64,000 nucleotides of DNA from contig NW_021836149.1 in NCBI RefSeq assembly GCF_006345805.1, positions 149,022-213,021 on the forward strand, written 5' to 3'. The notes beneath the pieces were generated by a model, which did not search any database, was not told the origin of the DNA, and worked only from the letters and a program-made list of their open reading frames with translations. Position 1 is the first letter of the stretch. Each line of letters begins with the position of its first letter. Both the position numbers and the translations under genes were made by a program. This document shows, piece by piece, positions 50,836 through 62,440 of this stretch. This DNA is from Octopus sinensis. Lineage: Eukaryota.

Positions 50836-51166
50836 TATTTCTTTATTGCCCACAAGGGGCCAAACATAGAGGGGACAAACAAGGACAGACAAAGGGATTA
50901 AGTCGATTACATGACCCCAGTGCGTAACTGGTATTTAATTTATCGACCCTGAAAGGATGATAGGCAAAGTCGACCTTGGCGGAATTTGAGCTCAGAACGT
51001 AACGGCAAACGAAATACCTATTTCTTTACTACCTACAAGGGGCTAAGCACAGAGAGGACAAACAAGGACAGACAGATGGGTTAAGTCGATTATATCAACC
51101 CCAGTGTGACGACATACCGCTAAGCATTTCGCCCAGCATGATAATGATTCTGCCAGTTCACTGCCT
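50836..51166 (-). mobile_element. Dimeric family C SINE with a 13-bp target-site duplication
   Basis: TTAAGTAGTTTCT at 50823-50835 and 51167-51179. Confidence 0.92.
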
Positions 51167-51705
51167 TTAAGTAGTTTCTATCAGCAACATGTTTGCTATC
51201 AAATCCCCTGGAATGAAAAAATACTTCACTTGAAAAACAACTATGGTTTGGTGATTATCATCTTCAATTGCAGTTCTTACCATGACATATCTGGGTCTCA
51301 GATAAAAAGTTGGTTAAATGCTTTTAATAAATATAACCATGTCCATGCTTCACAGTTCTCTTAGCTTTCAGGCAAGTAGTAAAAAAAAAATGGGCCTTTG
51401 AATCCAAAGCTGTTACAGTGTTTGGTCCTTATTCTAGATGAAAACGATTGGACCTTGAGTATGTTGTAGTGGCATATGATTCAAGGGTTGATAAGGTTTT
51501 GAAGCTAAAGATTTGATGCTAGAATTAACTGCATCCTCCATTCCTGTAGTGCTACTTACATTACATGTTTTAACTCCAGGGAGTAGTGACTTTTTCCCTT
51601 TAGCCCTACTAGCAGCTCATCTCTTGAAAGGAAACAATCTTCTTGATGTAACGACCTAGGGTTACCTTAAATTTAACAGTTAGTTTAACACTATATAATG
51701 ACCAT

Positions 51706-52019
51706 GTGGAGGCACAATGCCCCAGTGGTTAGGGCAACGGGCTCGTGGTCAGAGGATCATGGTTTCAATTCCCAGACCAGGTGTTGTGTGTGTTTATTGA
51801 GTGAAAACACCTAAAGCTCCATGAGGCTCCGGCAGGGGGTGGTGGCGACCCCTGCTGTGCTCTTCCACTCCAACTTTCTCACACACTTTCTTCCTGTTTC
51901 TTGAGTAACGCTGCAATGGACTGACGTCCCGTCCAGCTGAGGGGAACACATATGCCACAGAAACCGGGAAACGGGCCCATGAGCCTGGCTAGGCTTGAAA
52001 AGGGCGCAAAGAAAGAAAG
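51706..52019 (+). mobile_element. Family D SINE (tail Y) with a 13-bp target-site duplication and (AAAG)n tail
   Basis: ATATAATGACCAT at 51693-51705 and 52020-52032. Confidence 0.92.
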
Positions 52020-52655
52020 ATATAATGACCATATATGCATGATGTGTTGCATAAGCATGTCAAATTTTAATGCTTGATATAGTATACTAGGTTAGATTGT
52101 GATAATTCACTTGTAAAATTCAGATCTATCTGTAATGTTGCTTATATTGTGAAATAGGTTATAAATGATGAATAGAGTAAAATATATTTGAAATAGCAGC
52201 AGAAAGCAATAGTGATTTTTCAAAATATTCATTCATACACCTGTTTCCAAAATTTGCTATGTAACAATATAACAATTACAATTATATAGTTATAATTATA
52301 TAATTATAATAGTATAGAAGAGTAACATCATAAGGAATTTTTTCAAATATGAATTACAAAATATAAAGTGGCTCTTATGTACGTTGAGTATCCAGAGGGA
52401 AAATAAGAGAAAAGGGAAAGAAAGAATATAGAGATAAAGAGTGTAAATAAAGGAAGAACTATAAAGTAATACGGTAAAGAATATAGCTAGTAAAATTGGT
52501 TCTTGGAAGATTAAGGACTACAAAATGACTGTAAGCTATGAAGATACCATCATAGTCTATTATTCAACTACAGTGATATTAGTAGGTTAATAGTACAACT
52601 ATAAAAAAAGAGATGAGAGACAAAATTATGAGACATCAAAGAACTTTAATAGATA

Positions 52656-52780
52656 TCTCTCTCTATATAAAATTATTTGTCTGCTTGTCTGTCTGTCTGT
52701 CTGTCTGTTCTCTGTGCATTCTCAAATGGCTCCAGCAAATCAAATCAAATTTTACAAGATAATACACCCCACAAGCATCA
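52656..52780 (+). mobile_element. Helitron-like 5' end
   Basis: A|TCTCTCTCTATATAAAA followed by (GTCT)n, as at 47996 and 26020. Confidence 0.55.
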
Positions 52781-53010
52781 ACATGTAATTTTTACTTTCA
52801 TTTGGACTATTTCAATATAGCACTTTCTCAAAAATAATCTTCTCTAGTAAATGACATTTTATACCACGACAACTACAATGATGTTGTCATATTTTGTATA
52901 TGAGTGTGTATGTTTCTGTGAGTGTGTGTGTGTATGCTGCGTATGACATAGTAAAGGACATTTTATACCACAATGACGACAATGACACATTTTCTATATA
53001 ATAACATATG

Positions 53011-53142
53011 ATAACAAAGGAGATCTACTGCGAGCAGCTTGAGCTATTTAAGTCAGCACTAGAAGAAAAACGACCATCTTTGGTTTCAAGATGAAAATTT
53101 TTCTTTCATCAGGATAATGCTCAGCCACATGTAGCGAGGACA
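53011..53142 (+). mobile_element. mariner (DD34D-like) transposase fragment
   Basis: ITKEIYCEQLELFKSALEEKRPSLVSR*KFFFHQDNAQPHVAR contains the HQDNA.PH catalytic motif. Confidence 0.9.
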
Positions 53143-53855
53143 TACTTAGCAATGAAAGATATTAACTTGTGCTAATTGTAATTTCTCGTGTGTGTGTGTG
53201 TGAAATATAAAAATGATGAATGTTTTCTTACATGTATGTAATTGTGGTGATATGTGTTCTTATAGTCTTCACCAAATATTCATCTGTATTTCTAGTTCTT
53301 TGTTGTTCCATAATCTTATCATTAATTTCTTGCTTTGGGATTGTTCTTAATTTAGCATTTATGATTATTAACCTCATTAGCATTGCTGTATTCTGAATAA
53401 TAAACCAATGTTATCTAGTTGGCTGGCCATCATTCTATACTCCTTCTTCCAACAACAAACTTCTGCAATTAAATACTTACTCTTAATTTTACTACTTTAT
53501 TTTTCCTTTATAATTTCCACATTTTTCTTCAGTTTCTTTTTCTCTTTTCTTTTTTACATTTTCCTCTGTATTTTTAGTCAATATAAGTGATAATTCAAAT
53601 TATGTAATTCATATTTGAAATTTCACTGATGTGGTTCTTGCATATTATAATTGTTATTGTAACATTTGACATTAAGTTACGGAAACATGTATAGGGCTAT
53701 AATTTGAATTATCACTGTTATAATTTTCGTTGTTCTTTCATATATGCATATATGTATATGTGCATCTGTGTAAAATGCTTTGGTTTGCTTGAAGCATTGT
53801 GAATTTTGAAAATAGATCATTTTTAAGAATGCTGAAATTCAAAGAGAGCTTTAGA

Positions 53856-54225
53856 CCACCACCACCATCATCATCATTTAACGTCCGTTGTCCATTCTGG
53901 CATGGATTGGACAGTTTGATTGGGACTGTTAAGCTGAAAGGCTGCACCAGACTCCTGTCTGGTTTGGCATGGTTTCTATAGCTAGATGACCTTCCTAACG
54001 CTAACCACTTTGAGAGTGTAATGAGTGCCATTTGCAGGACATTAGTGTCTGCCATGACTGAAATTTTGCTCAGCTTGATACCATCATAGTCTTCTCAAAC
54101 ATGACATAATGCCAAAGGTCTTGGTCATTGCCTCTATGAGGCCCACTTGAAAGGCACTCAGCCACCTTGCCTCTGTGAGGTCCAACACTCAAAAGGAACA
54201 GTAACAATCCCTTCTACTTTAATTC
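53856..54225 (-). mobile_element. Family A RTE 3'-end copy including the ORF2 tail
   Basis: Standard family A end plus GTTGGGCCTCACAGAGGCAA-like ORF2 terminal sequence. Confidence 0.8.
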
Positions 54226-54414
54226 AATACGGCCTCAACATGTGTACAGGAGAAAGTTATTTACTTTACTAGATAGTAGTATTTGTGGGGTGAGTAGAGA
54301 GTTTAGCTGGCAGAACTGTTAACATGCTTGGCAAAATGCTTAGCAGCTTTTCATCTGTCTTTATGTTCTGAGTTAAAACTTCATGAAGGTCAGCTTACTA
54401 TTTCATTCTTTCAT

Positions 54415-54752
54415 CATTATCATCATCATTGTTTAACGTCCGTTCTCCATGCTAGCATGGGTTGGATGGTTTGACTGGGGATCTGGGAAGCCAGAAGGCT
54501 GCACCAGGCTCCGGTCTGATCTGGCAGTGTTTCTACAGCTGGATGCTCTTCCTAATGCCAACCACTCCGTGAGTGTAGTGGGTGCTTTTTACGTGCCTCC
54601 TGCACAGGTGCCAGGCGAGGCTGGCAATGGCCACGATCGGACTGATGCATTTTACGTGCCACCGGCACGGAAGCCAGTAAAGGCGGCACTGGCAATCGGC
54701 CACGATTCGGATGGTGCTTTTTACGTGCCACTGGCATGGAAGCCAGTCAAGT
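54415..54752 (-). mobile_element. Family A RTE 3'-end copy, three modules
   Basis: GGTGCTTTTTACGTGCC-type motif near 54581, 54644 and 54714. Confidence 0.88.
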
Positions 54753-55378
54753 CAGGATCGATAAAATAAGTACCAGTTAAGCAGCGGGGTTGATGTAATC
54801 AACTTACCGTACAATGAAATTACTAGCCTTGTGCCGAAATGGGAAACCAATATTCATGGAGAGAGTGGAATTAGAATATTGCGAGCAGAGAAATTAATCA
54901 ATAAATTAATTGAAGTATTCAAAGTATGCAATAGAATAATCAAGTTTAATTAGTCATAGACAAAACAACCATAATGAAAAAAAACAAAAAAGTTAAAGCT
55001 ATGTGTATGATTAACCTTTCTGGAAACTTTTACTTGTTTCTTTTGGTAATTCGGAAAACCATATTAGATTTTCCCATTCCTCATTTTTGCTGTTTGATTT
55101 ATGGTCCTATCACTCACTTTTATCTTATTTAGTGATTTTAATTATACAGCAGTCAACGTTGCAATGAATTCATTCTTTTATCATTTTATTTGGAATCGTA
55201 TTTTGATATATTTTCAAATATGTCTTTGGATTTCTATTTTAGACATCAAGAATTCCGTTTGTTTAAGCATGGCTGTGTGGTGAAGTTTGTTTTCCAACCA
55301 TGCAATGTCAGGTTCAGTCTCATTGTACAATATGGATCTTTTAAATAGCTCTGGGCTAAGCAATACATCCTCCTCCTC

Positions 55379-55800
55379 CTCATCATCATCGTTTAACGTC
55401 TGCTTTCCATGCTAGCATGGGGTGGACGATTGGACTGAGATCTGGTAAAAAAGATGGCTGCACCAGACTCCAATCTGATCTGGCAGAGTTTCTACAGCTG
55501 GATGCCCTTCCTAACGCCAACCACTCTGAGACTGTAGTTGGTGCTTTTATGTGCCACCGGCACGAGGGCCAGTCAGGCAGTACTGGCAACAGCCACGCTA
55601 AAATGGTGCTTTTTGTGTGTCACTTGCACAGGAGCCAGTCCAGCGGCACTGACAACGACCTCGCTCAAATGTTTTTTAATGTGCCACCAGCACAAGGGCC
55701 AGTAAGGCGACGCAGGTAACGATCACACTCGAATAGTATTTTTAACGTGCCATCAGCACGGAGGCCAGCTTGTTGCTCTGGCCACGATCTCACTCGTATG
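55379..55800 (-). mobile_element. Family A RTE 3'-end copy, four modules
   Basis: Module motif near 55540, 55604, 55669 and 55735. Confidence 0.88.
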
Positions 55801-56812
55801 GTACTCTAGTGCTCCACAAGCACTTATGAATAAATTTGGTGGACAGAAACTGCTTGGAACCTTTTGTGGTATGTAGGTAGATATGTATGTATGTTTGTTC
55901 GTGAGTGTTTGAGTCTTTGTGTAGGTTTCACAGCACTTGCCATCTGGTGTTGGTTTGTTAACATCCACTGTAATTAAGCTGTTTGGCAAAAAGAGATAGA
56001 TAGAATAAGTATGAGGCTTGCAAAAAATACTAATGTCAGTTTGATTGACTAAACTTTTTAAAGCAGCATTCTAGTTTGGCCACATCTAGAGTAAAAGAAT
56101 AATTTTTGTCCTCTTCCCTTTTACTAACAACATATATGATGCTTCTTCTTGAGAAAAAATATTTCTTGCAATTTACACAAGATGTAGATTTATGTACAAA
56201 TGAGGAAATACAATTGTATCACATCTATGTCTCTTTGTGGTATTAATGAACTGTATTTCAAATTTATTTAGTTTTAACTCTAATTAAATCCTGTAGCATT
56301 ATATTATATAAATATAGATAAAATCAATACTAATAAATAAATTATGTAATTATCATAACTTTCATATAAAACTGTGAGCAATAATACTCTAAAGAGGAAG
56401 ACAAGTATGATTAAATTTCTAGATGTACAATAATAGAAATTTTGAAAAGAAACAAATTTCCTCACCCTCACTTCAATTAATCATTCATAAAAATTCAAAA
56501 ATGAAATCTCAAGTAACAAATATTCTTTCAAATTTCTTTTTGAATTGATTCCACAATGATTCAAGAGGGTAGTGAGGCATCTCCTTAGAGTTGTATGTTC
56601 TATGTCTTTTTCTGTTGCCAGGGTTTCCTTTTTGATTTTTTTATTGGGTTATTCAGTCTGAACGGCATTTCTGGTGGGGTGGATCAATGAACTAGTGGAT
56701 GCTGTTCTGTTTCAAGTGTAGGCTGGACCTGTCCAGAGTGTGGGAAAGGAATACAACCAGAAAGCCTCAAGGGAAACTCTGGTCACATTTCATAAACCTT
56801 TTACAAGCTACT

Positions 56813-57015
56813 TACTCTTTACTCTTTTACTTGTTTTAGCCATTTGACTGCGGCCATGCTGGAGCACCACCTTTAGTCGAGCAACTTGACCCCGGGACTT
56901 ATTTTTGTAAGCCCAGTACTTATTCTATCGGTCTCTTTTGCCGAACCGCATCTCTTTTGCCGACAGCATCAGTTGTCAAGCAATGCTAGGGGGACAAACA
57001 CAGACACACAAACAC

Positions 57016-57046
<31 letters not shown>

Positions 57047-57052
57047 ATATAT

Positions 57053-57094
<42 letters not shown>

Positions 57095-57263
57095 TATATA
57101 CCACAGGCTTCTTTCAGTTTCTGTCTACCAAATCCACTCACAAGGCATTGGTCGGCCCGGGGCTATAGCAGAAGACAGTTGCCCAAGATGCCATGCAGTG
57201 GGACTGAACCCGGAACCATGTGGTTGGTTAGCAAGTTACTTACCACACAGCCACTCCTGCGCC
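56813..57263 (-). mobile_element. Family B SINE
   Basis: Full head (GGCGCAGGAGTGGCTGTGTGGTAAG) and (AGTAAAAG)n tail on the minus strand. Confidence 0.93.
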
Positions 57264-57454
57264 TACTTGTACAATTGGTAACTATTAGATAGCAGACTGT
57301 TACAGTATACATTCCTGATACAAGAGTTTAAGAACTAGAATGTAGGGATCAGATAGCATATCACATTATTCTTGTATGTATAAATCATCATTGTTTTCAT
57401 CGCCACAACTGCCATCAGCATTGCCACCATCACTGCTGTCTTCGTCACTATTAT

Positions 57455-57705
57455 AATCGTTTAACGTCCGCTTTCCATGCTAACATGGGTTGAACGATTT
57501 GAATGAGGGCTGGCAAGCCTGATGGATGCATCAGGCTCCAATCTTGATCTGGCAGAGTTTCTACAGCTGGATGCCCTTCCTAACGCCAACCACTCCGAGA
57601 GTGTAGTGGGTGCTTTAACGTGCCACTGGTATGAGGGCAAGTCTGGCGGTACTAGCAACGGCCATGCTCGAAAATGGTGTGTTTTACGTGCCACCAGCAT
57701 TTACC
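57455..57705 (-). mobile_element. Family A RTE 3'-end copy
   Basis: CGTTTAACGTCCGCTTTCCATGC...CAGCTGGATGCCCTTCCTAACGCCAACCACTCCG. Confidence 0.88.
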
Positions 57706-57773
57706 ATCTTTATTCCATGCCAGCATGGGTTGGAAAGCTGTGTTTTTCTCCAGATCTGTTTTGGCAAGGTTTC

Positions 57774-58184
57774 TTATTTCTTTATTGCCCACAAGGGGCT
57801 AAACATATAGGGGGACAAACAAGGACAGACAAAGGGATTGTCAATTACATCGACCCCAGTATGCAACTGGTACTTAATTTATCGATCCCGAAAGAATGAA
57901 AGGAAAAGTCGATCTTGGCGGAACTTGAACTCAGAACGTAACGGCAGACGAAATACCTATTTCTTTACTACCCACAAGGGGCTTAAACACAGAGGGGACA
58001 AACAAGGACAGACAAACAGATTAAGTCGATTATATCGACCCCAGTGCATAACTAGTACTTATTTAATCAACCCCGAAAAGATGAAAGGCAAAGTCGACCT
58101 TGGCGGAATTTGAACTCAGAACGTAACAGCAGACGAAATATGGCTACGCATTTCACCTGGCATGCTAACATTTCTGCCATCTCG
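57774..58184 (-). mobile_element. Dimeric family C SINE with an 18-bp target-site duplication, inserted in a decayed family A copy
   Basis: CTGTTTTGGCAAGGTTTC at 57756-57773 and 58185-58202. Confidence 0.94.
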
Positions 58185-58541
58185 CTGTTTTGGCAAGGTT
58201 TCGATAACTAGATGTCCTTCTTAATACCAAATGCTTTACAGAGTGTATTGGGTGCTATTTTCATGGGGCCAGCACTAATGGTGTCATCAAGTAGCATGCT
58301 GTTGGTATGATGGTGACATTGGTGGACCACTCTATGGTTTATAATCTCTTAAGGAAAAAATCTAATAAATGAGGATATATCGGTTAATAAATGTAATATG
58401 TATGACGAGCAATAGAGAGTTTATTGTCTTCATCTGATATCTTCCACATTTAATATGGTGACTGTAAAACTACAATTGCATCATGGAAGATACATTTTTA
58501 GTTACGTAAAACGCAAATTGATATTGATTTAGTAACAGTTC

Positions 58542-58941
58542 GGCGCAGGAGTGGCTGTATGGTAAGTAGCTTGCTAACCAACCACATGGTTCCATGTTCA
58601 GTCCCACTGCGTGGCATCTTGGGCAAGTGTCTTCTGCTATAGCCCCGGGCTGACCAATGCCTTGTGAGTGGGTTTAGTAGACGGAAACTGAAAGAAGCCT
58701 GTCGTATATATATATATATGTGTGTGTCTGTGTTTGTGTATCTGTATTTGTCCCCCCAGCATTGTTTGACAACCGATGCTGGTGTGTTTATGTCCCCGTC
58801 ACTTAGCGGTTCGGCAAAATAGACCGATGAATAAGTACTCGGCTTACAAAGAATAAGTCCCGGGGTCGATTTGCTCGACTAAAGGCGGTGCTCCAGCATG
58901 GCCGCAGTCAAATGACTGAAACGAGTAAAAGAGTAAAAGAG
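58542..58941 (+). mobile_element. Family B SINE, full length
   Basis: GGCGCAGGAGTGGCTG head to GAGTAAAAGAGTAAAAGAG tail. Confidence 0.93.
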
Positions 58942-59291
58942 TTGCTTAGCTGTAATGCCACATATTTCATGTGTGGGGATGTAGTATTTAGGAGGGTTGC
59001 ATGGGGCCAAGTCTAGAGAAGCTAACATTGGAAAGAAAGACATGAACAGTTGACTTGCTGTAGATGAAATATATGGATAGCCCAGCAGGAATGGGAGAAA
59101 GAATGATAGAGATCTGATGTCAGGGCATAGCCTTGAGGTACAAAAGGTACATAAAAAGAGAATAGGAAGACGGAGAATGAGAATCATGGATGATTGGTCT
59201 GGTAGGTGGATGAGATGTATAAAATCATATCCACATATAGTTATATATCTAAATTTATATAAATATGGATAAGATCGTTAATTTAAATTAA

Positions 59292-59512
59292 CCCGTTAGT
59301 GTTCGCATTATTCTGCCAAAATTAATCCTTTTTCATCCACATTGTTTTAAACTAATTAGGCATTATCTTGTAGCTATGAGATTTTGATGAGGTAGCTGTT
59401 AATTTTTAAAACGATATTGTAGGATTGGTGTGAGAGACCAGATCTGGTCAGTTTGACCATAAAACAGGCAGAATACTTTTGGCCGGATATGGCCAGTTTA
59501 AATGCTAAAGGG
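59292..59512 (+). mobile_element. Second piggyBac-type MITE family
   Basis: TTAA-CCCGTTAGTGTT...AATGCTAAAGGG-TTAA; a decayed relative lies near 11640-11800. Confidence 0.82.
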
Positions 59513-60014
59513 TTAAATAACGATCTTATCAAGTGGTCAGTATGGAAATAAAAACCTTCAAAGGTAATAATTATTAAAATTATAACTTAGGGTATCTAAT
59601 GAGGTATCTAACGAGGCAAAGCATTTCTAAATGCAAAACCAGAAATCCGGGATCTGGAATTATCCTGTAATTTTTTAATAGTTTTATTTTGTCTTTTTGT
59701 CTTCTCTCCTTGTGCTATATGAACACTTAATGTGGGTTTAGAGTCAGATCCTGGCTGCTATTTTCAGCATGGCAGTATCTCGTAGATACCCTAAGTTATA
59801 ATTTTAATAATAATTATAGTTATATATCAATAAACATTGATGTATGTATCTGTGTGTATATCTGTAAAGAGGTGGGTTGAAGAAGGACATAGACAAGTGA
59901 AGAAAAAATAGGAGAGGCCACAGAAAGTTTCAAAGAAGGTAAACAGGGGAGTTAAGAGGGAAGTTATTAGACATCGGTTTGCGACTGTTAGAAAGGTTAC
60001 AAATTCCATGACTA

Positions 60015-60425
60015 TTCTTTTCTTTTATTCGTTTCAGTCATTTGACTGTGGCCATGCTGGAGCACCGCCTTTAGTCAAACAAATCGACACCAGAACTTAT
60101 TCTTTGTAAACCTAGTACTTATTCTATTGGTCTCTTTGGCTGAACTGCTAAGTTACAGGGACGTAAACACACCAGCATCATTTGTCAAGCGCTGTTGGGG
60201 GACAAACACAGACACAAAAACGTATAGACACACACACATGCATAAATATATATACATATATACGATGGGCTTCTTTCAGTTTCCATCTACCAAATCCACT
60301 CACAAGGCTTTGGTTGGCCCGAGGCTATAGTAGAAGACACTTGCCCAAGTTGCCACACAGAGGGACTGAACCCGGAACCATGTGGCTCATGAGCAGGCTA
60401 CTTACCACACAGCCACTCCTATGCC
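60015..60425 (-). mobile_element. Family B SINE
   Basis: Reverse complement of the family B consensus seen elsewhere in the window. Confidence 0.92.
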
Positions 60426-60799
60426 TATGTTATCACATTTCATAAAATCTGTATTGAAAGATATTGTAGACAAACAAAGAGTTGAAGTAAAGAAATTAAT
60501 GATTTCAAATGCAAAGACCACAGGGTTCAACTGGGCTAAAGAGTCCTACAACAAGGAAGATAAGTCTTGGTTGCTGATAATATGTGATCTGACATGGTTT
60601 CCAATTCAAGTGCGGTACAACAAAACTGAAACATTGGAGCTGGATTCTTTGCAAGGAACATTTAAACATGGAAGAACTTTTTACTGAAAATTATTTAAAT
60701 AGCAATAATATATCTCTGAGCGCAGTGACTTTTCGTCACTGGAAAAACGATATATATTCGCAAAGGGAGGCCTACTTTTCATTGACAACCGTTGATTGT

Positions 60800-60844
60800 C
60801 ACAAGCTGATGACGGGTCAATACTCAGAAACTCGAGTCCGTGTG
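60800..60844 (+). ncRNA. Minimal type I hammerhead ribozyme motif, copy 1 (predicted cleavage after C60838)
   Basis: CACAAG-CUGAUGA-C-GGGU-CAAU-ACUC-A-GAAA-CUCGAG-UC-CGUGUG: both core boxes, GUC triplet, helix I (5 of 6 pairs), helix II (4 bp) and palindromic helix III. Confidence 0.75.
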
Positions 60845-61073
60845 TATCATAAGTTGAAGACGGGAAGGATGGCTTCCCTTTGCAAATACTGATAGGGCAC
60901 AGAAAGTGTGTCTATAGCCAGCTGGAGGAAGTGTCCTCCTGGGGCTACAAGCTACAGTAGCATCCATCCTTAGTGGTTAGCCACATTTAAGTGGCAAATA
61001 TACTTTTCGTCACTGGAAAAACGATATATATTCACAAAGGGAGGCCTACTTTTCATTGACAACCGTTGATTGT

Positions 61074-61118
61074 CACAAGCTGATGACGGGTCAATACTCA
61101 GAAACTCGAGTCCGTGTG
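61074..61118 (+). ncRNA. Minimal type I hammerhead ribozyme motif, copy 2 (predicted cleavage after C61112)
   Basis: Identical to copy 1, 274 nt downstream. Confidence 0.75.
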
Positions 61119-61602
61119 TATCATAAGTTGAAGACGGGAAGGATGGCTTCCCTTTGCAAATACTGATAGGGCACAGAAAGTGTGTCAATAGCCAGCTGGA
61201 GGAAGTGTCCTCCTGGGGCTACAAGCTGCAGTAGCATCCACCCTTAGCGGTTAGCCACATTTAAGTGGCAAATATACTTCACGGTATTTAAATAACCCCA
61301 AATACTATCGAATACTTGATAAAAAGTCTATTACCCACCTTTTCTAATATAGGAATTGATAAGAAGACCACTATTTTTCAAGAAGCAATGCTATACAAAC
61401 AATGCTATACAAACAAAATATTACAAGAATGCAGAAGTCACAGAAACAGATATTTGAAAAATGGTCGCTCAAAGCCCCAATATCGACATCAGTAGAGCAT
61501 GTACTGGTATGACTTAATAGCAAATTGTGAGCAAGATGACCAAGCATTTCAGCAATTACAGAACTGTAAAAGGAATTGACTGAAAAGTGAATAAAAACAG
61601 AT

Positions 61603-62021
61603 CTCTTTTACTCTTTTACTCTTTTACTTGTTTCAGTCATTTGACTGCGGCCATGCTGGAGCACCGCCTTTAATCGAGCAACTCGACCACGGGACTTATT
61701 CTTTTGTAAGCCCAGTACTTATTTTATCGGTCTCTTTTTGCCGAACTGCTAAGTAACGGAGACATAAACACACCAGCATCGGTTGTCAAGCAATGCTAGG
61801 GGGACAAACACAGACACACAAACACACACATGCATATATATACTTATATATATATATACGATGGGCTTCTTTCAGTTTCCGTCTACCAAATCCACTCACA
61901 AGGCTTTGGTCGGCCCGAGGCTATAGTAGAAGACACTTGCCCAAGGTGCCACGCAGTGGGACTGAACCCAGAACCATGTGGTTGGTAAACAAGCTACTTA
62001 CCACACAGCCACTCCTGCGCC
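61603..62021 (-). mobile_element. Family B SINE
   Basis: Full head and (AGTAAAAG)n tail on the minus strand. Confidence 0.93.
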
Positions 62022-62231
62022 TATCAGTCAGTTATTGATAATGCAATCAAAATCATGTTTAATTGGGTAAAAGCTGTGATATTAGCTAAAGGTGAGGCTG
62101 GAACTACAAATTACCAAGAGAGCATTTTATTCCTTTTGGATAAATTTTCATGATGATAATACCAGTTAAATTAATGTTACAGTTCAAGAGCTTCTGTATA
62201 AAGTTTGTGTAAGCAGCCACTATGTGTATGT

Positions 62232-62440
62232 GTGTAAGAAGTGGCTACATGGTAAGAAGTTTGCTTACCAACCACGTGGTGCTACTGCATAGGAACTTGG
62301 GCAAGTGTCTTCTACCATAGGTCAGGCCAACCAAAGCCTTGTAAGGGATTTGGTAGATGGAAACTGAAAGAAGCCCATCATTTATATATATATATGTATG
62401 TGTGTATATATATGTGTGTGTGTGAGTGTGTGTATATATA
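62232..62440 (+). mobile_element. Family B SINE, 5' half
   Basis: GAAGTGGCTACATGGTAAGAAG...CTTGGGCAAGTGTCTTCTAC...GGAAACTGAAAGAAGCCC, ending in the microsatellite. Confidence 0.82.

Larger units (their letters stand above)
60728..61279 (+). repeat. 274-bp tandem repeat, two units, 5 substitutions apart
   Basis: ACTT recurs at 60728, 61002 and 61276; the units were aligned by eye. Confidence 0.97.

Noticed and set aside
56715-56795. WTCPECGKG zinc-finger-like peptide
   Set aside because: Single degenerate half finger ending in a stop; probably a decayed LINE, too short to call.
60915-61000. HDV-like ribozyme in the 274-bp unit (TCCTCCT and TCCTTAG resemble L3)
   Set aside because: No P1 and P1.1 GG arrangement or J4/2 motif could be built by hand.
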